64,000 nucleotides of DNA from Phaeosaccion multiseriatum (taxonomy: Eukaryota; Protista; Ochrophyta, other classes): assembly GCA_965112735.1 (NCBI GenBank), contig OZ218953.1, forward strand, positions 5,146,001-5,210,000. Direction: 5' to 3'. Position 1 is the first letter of the stretch. Every line of letters begins with the position of its first letter. The position numbers and the translations under genes are program-made. The notes under the pieces were generated by a model. It did no database searches, was not told where the DNA came from, and saw only the letters and a program-made list of their open reading frames with translations. Shown here piece by piece: positions 30,001 through 33,070 of this stretch.

Positions 30001-31134
30001 CAGAACTACTACGCGAGGGTGTTTGCCTACAATGCCATTGGCTTCAGCAGCGGCCAGTCGGCCCCAGACCCTGCCAAACCGGCCACCACGCCGGGGCGAC
30101 CCACCTCGGTCTCTCTGGAGGTGTATGACGCAACCAGTCTGCAGGTGGTCTTCTCACCGCCCACGGACGACGGAGGAGATACCATCACCACGTACATGGT
30201 GGAGTGGGCAACGTCTGCTTCGTTCAGCGACTCGGAGACAGACAGCAGTCTGGTGACCATTCTCAGCGGCGGGGCGCCCTTCTACAAGGTGATTACGGGA
30301 CTCACAACTGGCACTCCGTACTACGTGCGCGTGTCGGCGATGAACAGCGTGGGCTACGGAGCGACGCAGAGCTCGAGCCCAAGCTTCCAGCACCCGTACC
30401 AGGAGCCTTCCGCCCCCACGGACGTTACGTTGGGCGTTACATCAGACACCATGCTCACGGTGAGCTTCTTCCCCCCCGAGAGCGAGGGAGGAGACGATAT
30501 CAGCACGTACCTGGTCGAGTGGGACGTCTCGAGCACGTTCAACACACTCACGGGATCGCCGCATCAGGGCAGCGCCCGCGTCAACGCTACCGAAGAGGCC
30601 TACACCATTCAGTACCTCTCCACAAGCACACGCTACTTTGTGCGGGTGAGCGCCGAGAACAACGCGGGAACGGGTGTGGCACGAGTCTCCAGCCCGAGCT
30701 CGGCCTTCCCCAGCCAGCAGGCGCCGGGCAAAGCGGTGGGAGTGTCGCTGACCAATGGAACGAGCAGCGGAGACATGATTGTGACCTGGGACTTCCCCAT
30801 CATTCCCAACCACGGAATGCCTTGCTACGGAACAGTGGACAACCCAACGGTTTGCCCGACCCCCATTGGCGGGGTGTATGCAGGCAGCGACGGAGGGGAC
30901 GACATTTACGAGTACCGTCTGCAGTGGGCCACCACGGATGACTTTGCCACTTCGGATTCGTCCCTCGGCTACGTGGACACCTCCAACACCACCTACACGG
31001 TGTCGAGCCTCACAACTGGACTGGAGTACTACTTCCGCGTGGCAGCAAGGAACACCATTGGGTATGCGGAGTTCTGTGAGGAGACGGGCAACACGTGTGC
31101 GGACGGCACGCAGATTAGCTCTGTCATGGGATGA
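1..31134 (+). CDS. Giant (>10,375 aa, 5'-truncated) FN3 / 'EVQ'-repeat extracellular protein (titin-like only by size and FN3 content)
   Basis: Frame +1 is open from base 1 to TGA at 31132-31134. About 25 FN3 C-terminal signatures (L.pGt.Y.vRV.A.N..G) with matching N-halves (V.W..P..dGG..V..Y.VEWD). About 45 repeats of EVQ.v....gG.F.L...g..T..i.ydA.a..v..aLe.L..vg.V.V.r....w.vtF....Gd...l. About 15-18 repeats of DL...l..GD.i.v. Visibly D/E/S/T/G-rich and K/R-poor, with many N-x-S/T sequons and scattered Cys. The listed TTG start at 7 is not a real start. Confidence 0.93.
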   Translation, partial: QQLVVQSSDSSCVANPNPGNFTLTMETANGRSETTGLLAVDASASAVAEALSSLSNLGGGAVRVTRADHSSYADFDATGVMTNELKLAYLLHFDHVQEDLVEVVPTVSGCADVSVTEVVAGKGSEEAALLRVIPGPRPATAPGNISLTIISPSELGVTWEAPAYGNWGYGFAKYFVQWDKAYTFDRSVVVDGGNVTYSKAGRFSAVTSDLSYQISGLEEGTEYFVRVSAFNGNSSSSSSSSSFNVTSLGYGNALASVPSTAIPSAQVPYKPNMVTMRLSEPAFVHPDSPGDIPDQLDISWSRPTLDSATQLFDTTDGGDTISHYRLEWSERSDFAAQNGSFDVRAVTSNGTAASCHVSNCSFPLGAEVQSLSVYSGDSFALAGGAYRLTYTNSALSVSEETECLNYNAEYSDVRSALEGITNSTVLVSREAITSPGLGYKYLLTFVGGAVRGNVEQVSVSDIGGSGSWSSNSSSNSSSWSYSTCSSWSVQSSTNVTSNTTSQQVVTETAIDGGFLNPGTEYFVRASAINSVGVGEAEAAVGDAVDCADGDSETCAPRSPPGEAQNVLVYAHPDDGDALLVTWEDVDTDNGGEVTGFIVEYASEDEVLASWATFGNETVGAARRSATIYPSANMSTSATCGIEYTVRVRAVNDQGLSPPSWYGEVGYEGFTVAVATCPLGIEDCDEGSNSTTIVPRRVPRQPDLDVPMSISTLSTNSFTSSSLLVTFGANSADVNGSSNSSYAICGANRVGTFKVEWDTSPSFNSLGNKPLSYNATTETSPEVLVSADETEASYNITGLTQGTTYYIRVTGKNTLGYGASSDYQDATPMTSSDPPSYPTTLRQLDEQDYDTAFRGRSLEVAWTAPKANADYNDYHGQGGSAVSAYLLEWGAQSFDNYNHTVMTLELSCSGGGTPEGVYRLSHDTTNSSLSPVEGAFLSTEIRVEAESWELLTALENVPSIGTVDVTRNLTGTGNFTYEIEFTSEVGSVPPLEVYDVSALSCSDGSNASVTVDTWPGALPNGSAYDSVIIPVEASDGSDFTHVITDLVPGTVYYARVSAYNTLGFGARRLAQPSGDSATSTGGMRVPFQVPDAPISPYYSAGLPSLALEGPSSLRVAFGAPEYDGGDRITKFQVEWDTSPSFDVAASTAAVDATTTLCSACVTGFSLDDLTLSVNGTDLFGKLNSGNRILVGSYYVFTVSDNVQLDATTIMVESSGHNALTDLEGPMKLELYSNEYTITDLTAGSLYFVRVFAKNQMKGWSAASFTSPLTMVPHGAPAAPTQLSVGLAGPYALNVTWASALTAGDVVRTYLVEVYTASLTTSQSGSIFGQAEVQTVAVLGNGGTFTLAFGEDDVALPGTVSVANGNDYLTSTEDLTAVLRRGDRISVGGYAYVVHAYATYNSTHLPLAKAPTNAVTVPTDLGTVELSEGFEGFTASNLTAYRVATTPAIAYDATADDVERVLETLSSVGDVDVSRDKITAGGYVWSVTFASSTAVSAGDQPLLVGNGRLLGNGTSDSNNYITVTESLVGIEPDNYLAYTLDAPQTSLLVDGLQTGTEYYVRVSAASDVGYGASSVSGPHAPKGVPGTLGAVQLSRVDMNHVEIEYDQDAPDNGAAVESVLVEWDVSSSFDSDNKRSLTVTPNHLLQAVRTNLWESGWTPSSAFSLSLFDFRGAFTQRLGGMDADGLYTYVSVEEGGSNLTRVTPNVTLGMGSAELFHGVARGGFVSVGGQEFSICLDGEAAYSATELSLCDADDPWQQAYYNATTSKYDNSQTQIPAYVLDTAAGSVLGVTLGDSSLSLYGYDGNLNSTANNLTSVLSRGDYIKLGHPEMGRTFRLCTDVSASNLTLGLCDPNTNGDSDTPVSVLEGDVMRSTYEIQAVTIGASVASNAVNASFGFRLEWGDYVSGETEAGGDAGCLLYGASASALETELEALAAIDDVSVTLTNTSDASFTNLTYSITFTGDKVAGGVPLVLVSDMGTNGCDGDNSTAVTSSVTAQYSYTPVYKVQTTQDIPYDASAADVKAALEGLTGVCSVDVDRGVNGNGFQWLVTFASSDSESESEYQQQQMLRAMRANGVQLDAMATYVEPDVSVVGVGRDLLYTNMSGVPYYVRASALNSVGLGPSKASSPISLQPAPQLPSAVRRSSVSVVSDSEVRVEWEPPQQDGGAEVTEYLLEWDTSKTFDSGSDGNPRGSAVVYAEDSEEVMDVQTLRFSVDGDAYVAGSFSLVFAGQTTGEIAYDATAETVEDELNALCTVGEVFVTRNLGPASGGHSWMVTFANMAYTGSQQNPTTSALQTSYGHKLSAVGDHLLVCDSAARENCVGDGARTSLVVESKQEVQRLRCETSASEFSISYMGQSTANITTSSGYSVTAIEDALEALSNLGDVTVELSNGASALTCTGEYIIVTFSTALGDVPPLSSSQDGDFEQVVQGSAQTTVGRMPYSYLIDSVSSASSPWYVRVAAFSSIGYGEWQLASQDDRTSVSPSQAAPQMALDVSAAVASESTVWVSWSQPESTGGDDVDYFVVQWDTLDTFDSTCGDGPEVQTLTIASEDLLDASNAFNISVNGLEIASCMAWNSSASTLEAAFQDASSALGLVTVTQGGDGSSVWSYGVSYSVTFNYNSTDEALPDWPEMVVAQCEGGAGSMNLTVTTVADGTTGASSDCQAGSLTAFGQAKVTEADALAMAAAMAADGDTTATDYAYMMTGLDPRDSYHVRVAAVNGYGQGSFKRAEEAVVPYATPTPPRNTTASALTTGGVRVDFALPEDYRVEGSNGATVEGYRVSLFSRVNEVQTVSLYGKPSSGSYQLSMGNASTWCIDASASADDVALALAVLPLVDGVTVSSGSSSSSNSSSNSSSSSSTDYTVTFDGPDLCNGDMPELGASVCATLGGGDVSSSYYYVDVTTVTEGVAGAVRPVVTVSITASSSSSSVSGFFVLSYGYDSAPLSLALGGEDSAASGGVLVYVAAGSKVVYSTADLSHYLNAGDSVSIDGVPVVVAGDFFCDNEGVTNGDDYPCTFTLESYHPSGASDILIYGAANSLGQGDVAEGDTSVLTNWDLTSLVQAGEGVVVYDPTDGSVMEVSVDSLSSSELTLASAYTGGDNVRVSLMAKNRVLLAADATAAEMADALYEGWGMAVDVSRVGPAADGSLVWEVTFTDHSGPLTAPFSVDVSGSTARYVEASCSGSGGAGFSGTYAATGGMYGGRAEYTALSLPYSMLFNDTTSSWAIVSTDNVAVASGNPTASMVPANISDCTLTTGASSGGALLTLLEGGDVSVEVTQTGTAPILTSPVRSLLSKSGGAEVQVISLTADADSLDGTFEVDFGGAGGFEADWDMSAADMELRLEELPTVGDVTVTRTPASAVNATAHGFSWFVTFSSMPGNVNQLYVDGNSTAVPLAGSGVELTVTELIRGQELTFSAEFEGVPEATYHAHVATYSSAGEGEATLVKPLTVSAKRTVPAPIIKSVTALSASQLEVAYDHHVDSGETATTDLVLEWTTDDDFGDGVMKKVMVTNTAGSNDTEGFFRLQLGGRYTHKLLFDASAADVQEALEELSTVGEVEVQRLVDQAGDGYTWVIAFPDAVGPMPKAGYGCLDCVVSTNGSMSSNSNDSTFALDMDLTDVIYVGDRFTLEYVSDGNSSSNSSWSYSSSGSSDLDTEDGCYLRVEEVSANSITYTPRPGCNASVDFANATMAIKFSDPLGLSVESVNLRSVSDDGVLSTFVVEELAGAYPAVYGTLPLSAEEDCGDIVVTDSAPLQRLTLAANDSVVTAGSYRLELDGLLTDCLAYNATPAEVEAALAGLPNVDQVSVSGRIFLENGAYYPVSEANKITDLFGYDMLIRFWGSYQGSASAWPLLRVPPAWFGVDNGDALACEAFEGGNAHSASVVGILSKGACVEGNTASQVILAEAESDLGGSFSLLYKGDVLSLDAVPLDSTAAEMEALLADAINATVTEYAYGTYGKAWEVTFDDSMGGPQDRLAPCDRFTTGDNSVVGVFESVTITTSADVHSRDDLSGHFRLRLGHEVTDKIAVGASNGRVAEALHKLSGVGKVILATPLKAVGAVPIGSVVAVNGSSQVSAAGDLSKSVSPGDVWIFSEEASTPAYYSVSDLVYDNSTNSSTLVTLNRTVLLDGNYSAEVGEVAMATKALPGSLFMESPVSLMYSFPASEDEAASIQLSSGGVSALNLTLNSSITLEGAVYTVMDYASDTVTLDRDYEGTAVSNGDVSIKVYLPEMTAYYTQDLSAWISAGDTLWVENGSGDVDEVTVVSMGADSGWNTSSLVLSGVFTSDYPSGTTAFVSSNGYTYHLVFKEAMSADLTGLQVEVEDDFLGSGARVEVRRPAGVAARTVSLGSPPEVQTVALRASKIYWANVNAANNKTWTLSVWGEETEELVWGASAETVQMALEGLSAVEHVEVERSGDGESAEFFYGYIYTLHFWGVYASANLPELVVQEQMAGTVAVVDTVREGSAAGNTDHLSSLKQDTSYALRLRVKNGLASDIVTASTAAVGVVPSAPTALELGACHYGEDEVAVEWQPPFSDGGQQVDAYRLEWDSSPLFSDASADYGTDYLGVVHEVQEVVVNFRSGDSVTTRAGTWTLSWGGMQTAQLAWDISAEGLEYAIHGISGAVDIGHNPVAVTRVPYRNGYKFTVRFMAWRGNLALMEPDFTLLFGDDPSVTVVEAVAGQADIHPGDFTLEVQSVSIEANSKVNGSFTLSFEGRETELIAHDEGAESFKSKLEALSSIHCGDVERVLLDEDLETYAWRVSLAWLKDELVPGAGRLGLLVVENESGLSGNSVAVRVSEMIEGTNPLTYSITGLTAGETYYARVVAHNSRGFGEYGYTTSGVPRAQSEAPQNATLAIASGSSLLATWSPPASDGGSAVTGYRVEVSTAAGVSEVQMITTSAKKGVSEVQRLSVRADDNNLGGYFTIALEGYTTGNIAWNAGATGTDSVKEKLERLPAIGEVDVEQDYSRRAVSGLLVDVMEGANNATASNASTVLPSQVLAENDIIFVAGYRARVKGFSSDGTTVLFGSLSNYLTEDLFDEGDGAEGVIVEKWAYGYEYLITFTSYNGDPPLLEPSPSDGWAGTNPTLDVAQVSRGLQPISGTFRAAYEGEKTRPLPHDISAEALEAALEGLATVSDLSVTKVVNGYGFNWIVTFVGEPGDVEMLSVDGSGLTGPSASVSVSVGQVGELADGYAAVDVSASTQEYLLSDLILGTPYWVQIRAMNAEGLSPAVMTAPAKLAPMQAPGAPEDVELIVMSDSMLKAVWEAPTTDGGQAVTQYRVEWDVSADFANIATSGFYHEMRVPSSDVDGTATTGPFYYNIVLPASSSRFARYVRVKASNSYKWSDYAYSVPASASPTRRPPGVVQNPMLTVTSGVGLLVEWEAPSTELTVYGGDGGSSLEEYLVEWDTSAKFDSPARRAVVPQSQLSHLIGGRDLMTGEESTELEPGVTYYTRVSAYNSLGYSATAATEPLSATTEDQIPTAAAMLGASTVGAQSVMGMFDTPSRDGGETLTKYRLEWDTDEDFAHINGTSRSGGWADVPLVQEVASFALSSTVQQEEQWVIASVEVTNEKQTVRTQVTGVDEVQLIVTSADAVQPNVQTITTYASDFDEVQEIVLDADDVDEWQYVYSETEEVYEVQVLTVSATRVNEVQQLTVTLTGNTTDGGQDLIDAANAYVTVEFELDSTNMDWACVKTTETSDAVEAFNDTDGSYLRTALESLSNLDNVTVETAGWALVTNDGSTGEVEMVYNITFDGDCTRGNVPTGDFVVDTCSTATDPSGKLASVGCALSVITEGNEPSGSFYLTYHCEATRYEGVGNMTASSDVLSLLNSTATPMVGDTMRVNDLGLSELNTDWSYFLVESVEAISSTDFDVTVDSAWTGSDGAFLVQFGDFYSDPSSSYGVSSSCLTADPDFTNNPLDYKATAAELEEELQGLAQLNSTAGCLGVVRDDIPAGTLIDFGGASGAVEVIGYTYNLTFYCSNGNVPTMACNASGTSPLTATNADMDALTAPEGKQCQITQELDGAILNGTFELGMTWPIKQEGTPELLNYTTGDMDWRVSAADLATAMENVKDEDGNRVFGSVSVDRSVYWPNGDYKWSGQYVWSVTFDSRPGDVPEMLVNSSLSNNRGGATNVTVRTDRQGNEIDGGFGLTFCDTNDVCTSTNSSYFGAYLSEDEMRFEMSRAFFSMGSGWANVTDGAANITLTYNTTDNATTTIDAPVEVTYWMLLDGNYYLVDGVNGTQATLDSDVNVDADGLYDIEYGITAVSVSRAGPTQAMGYTWEITFNNKTVGGDQSTLTSESQSLTGTGVDLNIDEIQQGNQITGTFTLAYNGETTVEIPYDADAAAVESALNSLSSIYPSQVEVTRSAEATVDTQQQVLGYTWTVTFDSATWHDPTDHDSSESYIDGNWNGAAVDWESTWETTGEGRFSRAWGRNVGKLLAMECSSDGLGTTRLDGSEDCAVAIVEEGSNPLGGSFTISLDTRGHAVMSADALCTTGDIAHNAWASAAESDGDGTSLEEILEATDCVGDVEVSRYDVNLGGNNGGYAWLVTFVRDADSPCQQYDDDTGECNAPGDVPKFNSNLTDTSDLLGTSMRNADSTTDQGVVTLLDVSDGNVSAPGVASVHVMRVYDLAYAASDRFDNEPKFLLELGGNVSTTCLPWNVSATDLATALEEASPEYAAGVVVTRSIPPDDEIWGLPSTSAPNGYSWTIHYVGYEGPVPELSFQARDTGCTTNGTAADFVDFQRVDAVVKVNGTSSPLTCDSEGCVDGVVLRGNFTAWYIDGDDDTGAGCNNTYILPWNAETSEVEASIEACGNNSRQVDVSRTVLDKYGSVEWVVTFTQNPGETPPGAGDVDTMTVEQNLAGVGGYASQPTVTETLKGSTSLSGTYNLDYDSTDGDRQLSFEESAERIMRKLEEMSTVSEVHVEREEYPSNSTGGWGAMAVDAGTQGGYVWKVRFLSVPGTYGGETFPAGSGDVDALVPDSSLAGTGAAVVVETVTEGSDEMSGKFSLSLDGQTTELISYTADATAVEAVLEDLSNVGAVSVDFDYYTAERIPGVSVYVGRDASGATLEVSGTDRKLRNYLAAGTLLRLGGQDVESSGSLSGTNGETLLDEPGGVGHMVDVVSGSPLVTTDTELSDSVVAGMEVRLAGDVYSVRRTGVEVQKLTLLSGSGGGQYKLAFTHNGLLNATTECLDFDASAAVLDAALEALTNIGTDQVVVTRTGADTKGRPYTHSIYFEGSDVHGDVNELVATPCSGSEDVELSVQTVVQGGGVEVQRLTLATDAGYIVGEHFTLSLGGGAGGANYTNDTTGCLEWGMEATDLAAQLSALPSLSQWEVESLSLNLTELYLSPSATVPLSNGTFVQGRLSAGDVITVQGSKKEGATYTVDEVDEDGAFIVLTETLFASASASGEAKVTLQLLDAVQVQREGTGKSVVEVQTLSVTASSAISPLSDQDQDGLFRLSWTHDSESLLTECLPYGASAATVQAALNGFLLDLNNDGLVDEEDQDHIIVTREGDASAEYGYGYEYTFTFKGVAGISSVVGDVNELQVVDVGAANGCSDIGGMETEISGLTAVTSDLSSTIVPSSDASSILVPGDRIRISTSEDPFRVYTVERTVGSEAVYLTELFQKNMTDTDSNATITLVADGLPAFSMLTSANGQAAFTYDIMFVHPWLAGVDELVVGNEGEGECQSGDHTDSDADEWTFYAGMRRDVKVATLSEGGSDAILSLMLESSVEAGGVPADASFRLFVAYDGAYQRLLCGDWNTSAEDLEMAFESVLGVEPSSGQVMVEVEGYGNVSSNYGNTLRATLSGDLLAGDVDVQLLRSRYNADGDIVTDMPVIFSGLGEGDDVSFTANMSANASATVSDAVIVASYAEADSGSGNSTVLHYSINATMWAISDGSATEVNLSGNFTNTDTPFNVSLTADLGVEVVVTFNDADGLVIGDEYTLLLSSCGLTDPIPYGASVSLDLVAGSAQQKQLTLDRPYEGSESTSQEAYLVPQTFRVREAGTEVQTIIVQDSGDSVWANGDPQYRLTWGSGNTTDCLDWDALDWEVEEALETVGLEGLTVTRREDSTFAPNGYIYSIYFSSEAYDASDVADPYTLSDGDGGGGLNVSYAGCSAAFEADSGETVTLATVVQGSSDGGIFTDEWVPLAETSDSTVSARFLGGDGTKALSIYRVTGHLYTVSFDSNLGDVDALVPGVESLSGTDAAVTVFEEELLEGYLPTGFVAEGLQTGLPYHLRVSVANSLGYAEYSSDTVVAKAASAPSAPGSLEVEEALHEDEVQAITVAATHIDEVQVIRTSAPYITDVQLVTTSAEEDELVRGSFALNFPEVQRVTVGASAMFDNGSYALVYTKHVLSGNALTPTNETSVCLAWDATAADVESALEDLTYIDDVAVVRSGDASDSSDYGYHYDISFIGLEVVGNVEMLSVSNDSSLCTGLSAVGGGSTFVRVVQTSAAGGAVGTATAVQRVSLSSEVELTSGVGAYRLALTLSNSSTEVALETSCIAWDAEAGDMEEALEGLAVVDSVHVTREDKASSSDSDSDSASLGSGYTWSIFFDGNAMYDSDMDVAMEANLTACSEFSTTIDEVLTPITDNSTYSYSFSVSLLQSGGLDLDYNAPASDLTEQLGLLPGVESPLIIYEGAPDEQEGQSWTMSFGGNDGDVPQMVCLSDTSSSGDFVGECEVVTLVEGNEIGGFFYLNDTDGIASDASASDMAAALEASGLGEVSVSRETTDARGGYAWSITFFDYEGDVPALAADSDMSGFDVEITTSEAVKGNALGGTFSMALNGYVTGDLASDISAEDLQTALEGLDTVGMVDVERSALSSEGGSTYLVTFRDTINPGDVTALEADYSETLTGEGAVVLVREVIKGSEAVGTMAKLSFEAPKQCSTTKVELGDCGEPVEYYLVEWDTSDTFSSAALRSQVLNDTDLLYRVQRVTTTADSVMSGTFQLSLGGQTTQSINANASSEELRVALEALPSVITTLDVSRDYSMYIWEGHLVRVTYGGQSIELYGNATDNALAACELIRLDDEWYRVDDSYDSESSTVSLAQVHDCSVAKSYEGSSGTAVVERWANGYEWSVTFASAAEPLQLLQSPMPKLYPEDSSVLYIRGANCDGCFYLPDLTMGETYYVRTQAYNEFGGSPLGTASSGDGVMEVVPNQVPFAPEDVSVTVVSGSKLEAFFCEPLISSDDVWGFRVQWDDVSSFANATYNDDAGCTSVGYGSCVVSGSAIAGECPYSLVLSDLTEDQLYYVRVSALGEVDAQAVSPTGDPIDNTNWSGTIEATPTDQPPSAPGTIYLYVLDGSTLQVQLAASTESGGSNITSYVFEVDTVSTFSSGSLMQTEVAAEDLSELYLGGDLVYNIGNLTAGVYYYVQVSAQSSIGGSDATPAYNNPVAPTQLPDPPTNGEVEAVVVGLDEFNTDLSVTWAAPEDNGGSPTTGYRVEWWERDTYREEVQIVRMTWDDNDEPSSTFRLYFDGVSTNVGLDADVSEVNLRDALMNINSNTTFPIGHVTVNRSTINGDEGYVHTITFKDQVSNPGDQPPILAADTFEGSASMRVYELYSGIRAGGAPEIQIIRSSGSGTGLRNASDVDDAVVKGFWRVQFAASNFSTYVSASATAEEVEAMCQGLSTMGDVDVSRETNDENGFDWAITFTSPVGDRGGIEVDDAFLWTSNDDAAIVVYDGDNEISSTDGSLVCSGCQVGETPMGYNYADLSADELAYTITGLTTGVVYEVMVSAMNKHGQGERLSASGGIEPPLAVPSAPTNVTVDVKPYNETVGDGIGDSQRLLVSYGAPLSDGGSAVTSYLVELDPTPTFDDPISEVFECPNAPAYATWVIETNTNATITGGYFELELTKGGFALVTDLIPYNAKSLAEQETPDQISTASGVMCENDAGDNDDVCPDDRREASGSLQSKLNVLDTLDDGVLVSRQGLGSGQYRWTVTFLDVGDDFEFESTTTRNYLNTTVGGQTSVTATKIQTGVDYGECSGDMIMPTEGGLVKGQNYYARVFAYNAIGFSSGQSAPDPAKPATTPGRPTSVSLEVYDATSLQVVFSPPTDDGGDTITTYMVEWATSASFSDSETDSSLVTILSGGAPFYKVITGLTTGTPYYVRVSAMNSVGYGATQSSSPSFQHPYQEPSAPTDVTLGVTSDTMLTVSFFPPESEGGDDISTYLVEWDVSSTFNTLTGSPHQGSARVNATEEAYTIQYLSTSTRYFVRVSAENNAGTGVARVSSPSSAFPSQQAPGKAVGVSLTNGTSSGDMIVTWDFPIIPNHGMPCYGTVDNPTVCPTPIGGVYAGSDGGDDIYEYRLQWATTDDFATSDSSLGYVDTSNTTYTVSSLTTGLEYYFRVAARNTIGYAEFCEETGNTCADGTQISSVMG

Positions 31135-31169
31135 GTGACGGAGGAGTGAAGGGAGGAGGAGGGAAGGAG

Positions 31170-31210
31170 AGAGAGAGTGTGTATGTTAGAGTGGGAGAGA
31201 GATAAAAGAA

Positions 31211-31247
<37 letters not shown>

Positions 31248-31270
31248 ATATGTGTGAGTGAGAGAGAGAG
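31170..31270. repeat. (GA)n/(GT)n microsatellites just downstream of the giant ORF
   Basis: gagagagag and tgtgtgtgtg runs directly after the stop codon. Confidence 0.85.
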
Positions 31271-32234
31271 TTTATATATGTATTGCTGAGAGAGAGACAA
31301 GAAAAAAGACGATGGAGACAAGAAAGCGAAAGAAAGGCTGGTCAGTCAGTCAGTGACAGAGGACAACAGGGCGGTGAGAACATTATTCTCGGCCGACCGA
31401 CGAGCCAACAAGAAAAAGAAAAGGAAAAGGAGATTGGAGAAACGACCAGACAACAACCACTGCGCCATCAGCGAGGCAGTGGGCAGAGAGAGAGAGGTGG
31501 CATTCGGCACGACCTACCGGCGGAGAGGAAGAGGAGAAGGGGAGAGGGGCTTGTGAACTCGAAAAAGTGTCCGACATTTCGAGGTCGCAATGCATGCTTC
31601 TGATGCTTCCTCCTCCCCGTTTGTGGTTGTGCATGCATCCTACGCGGCGACATGATATAGCCCCAGGGGGGGGGAGCCTTTCGCTCACCAACCACTGGGG
31701 CGACAAAACCGAAAAGAGAGAAGTGGGTTCAATGCTTTTTGTGACGTACGATCGACAAAGAAAAGAGAGATGGGGAGTGAGGGAGGTGTGATGATTGAAG
31801 GGTTGACGAGCTCGAACCAACCTCTTTCTTGCAAGCCGCCGCGTTGAGTAGTCCGAGCTCAAGGCGGCAGAAATTGCACGAGGAGGGTGGGGTGGGGGAG
31901 TCAGCTCGTTTGGACCACCTCTTATTGCCGAGAACGAGAGAGAAGAGAGAGAGAGAGACAGAGAGAAGATAGAGAGAGCGCGCATCAAGGAGTTTTGGAC
32001 AACATTTGAAGGCCTTCAGCTCTTGGGGGCAGTCCAATGCCTCGAGAATGAATCCTTCCTGTGCCAGTTACACGACTTACATATTATTATATAATTATAC
32101 ATACAAGTTTTCCTACACCTATTGCACTTGACTATTATTCTTATTAGCCACGGCCCTGTTATAAAGGCGGAGGATGGACACGAAAAAAAAGGCAGCAGGT
32201 CACAACTCACGCACACGTACAAGACGACGAAGCG

Positions 32235-33030
32235 TCAGCAGTCGTAGTCGTCGTCCTCGACCTCCGCCTCGTCAAGCACAGCACGGTCAGCAGTTGGCAA
32301 TACAGCGGCGGCTGCTTCTTCCCCTCCTATTTTCTCCCGCCTCGCGCTACTGCCGACTGCAGCCTCGTCCACTGTTGCTGATCCTCGTGCTGCTCCTCCT
32401 TCTCCTCCTTCCAATGGCACTACCCCGCCCTCAGTCTTTGGACTGCCTTGCTTTCCGGAGATTGAATCTGCGGCACCGTCACCCCCCGGGCCCTGCTCCT
32501 TCGCTTCGCTCTTGGGCGTCGGCCGAGCCCTCTTTCTCCCACCACCACCTGCTACTACCGCTGCTGCTCCAGGTCCTGAAGCGCCCTCTGACTCCATTCC
32601 TGCCGGCTTCGAGCTGCTTGTATCCACGGTGCCGCCCCCCCCTCTCGACATGTCGCTTGATGTCGTTTTCACCAGGTCCCTGAGAAAATCGTATCTGTCG
32701 ATACGGTCGACGGCTTTTTTTCTGCAGTAAGTCGTCATGCGAGCACAGGATTTACGCACACACGGAAGAGGGTGGCGAGAACCATTAGATGTGAGTAGTT
32801 GGATAATACTAGCAAGTCAACAGAGTTCTTGCAGCAAGTAAGAGAGAGAGAAAGGGGAGAGAAATCAACTTGTACGCACATGTCTTTCGGCTCCAGGAGG
32901 AGGGTTTTCTGCGCTTCCTTGCTCCGCTTCCTCGATTGGTCCTGTGCGCCCCTACTGGCCGCCGCTCCTTTGTGTCCTGCCGCTCCAACGCCCGTCTCCC
33001 CTCCCTGTTCTCCCCGTCCTCCCTGGGCTA

Positions 33031-33070
<40 letters not shown>

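Noticed and set aside
7-31134. Calling the giant protein titin, or a bacterial/phage gene
   Set aside because: No Ig-I/PEVK/kinase pattern, and it looks extracellular. It is followed directly by eukaryotic microsatellites and spliced genes, and no prokaryotic operon context is visible.
33-31138. Numerous 60-440 aa ORFs overlapping the giant ORF on other frames and strands (e.g. 1438-2763 minus)
   Set aside because: Shadow ORFs expected from GC-rich biased codon usage. They have no recognisable motifs, while frame +1 carries the continuous repeat protein.
31283-32222. Short ORFs between the giant gene and the histone-fold gene
   Set aside because: Low-complexity UTR/intergenic sequence with no coherent splice model or motif.
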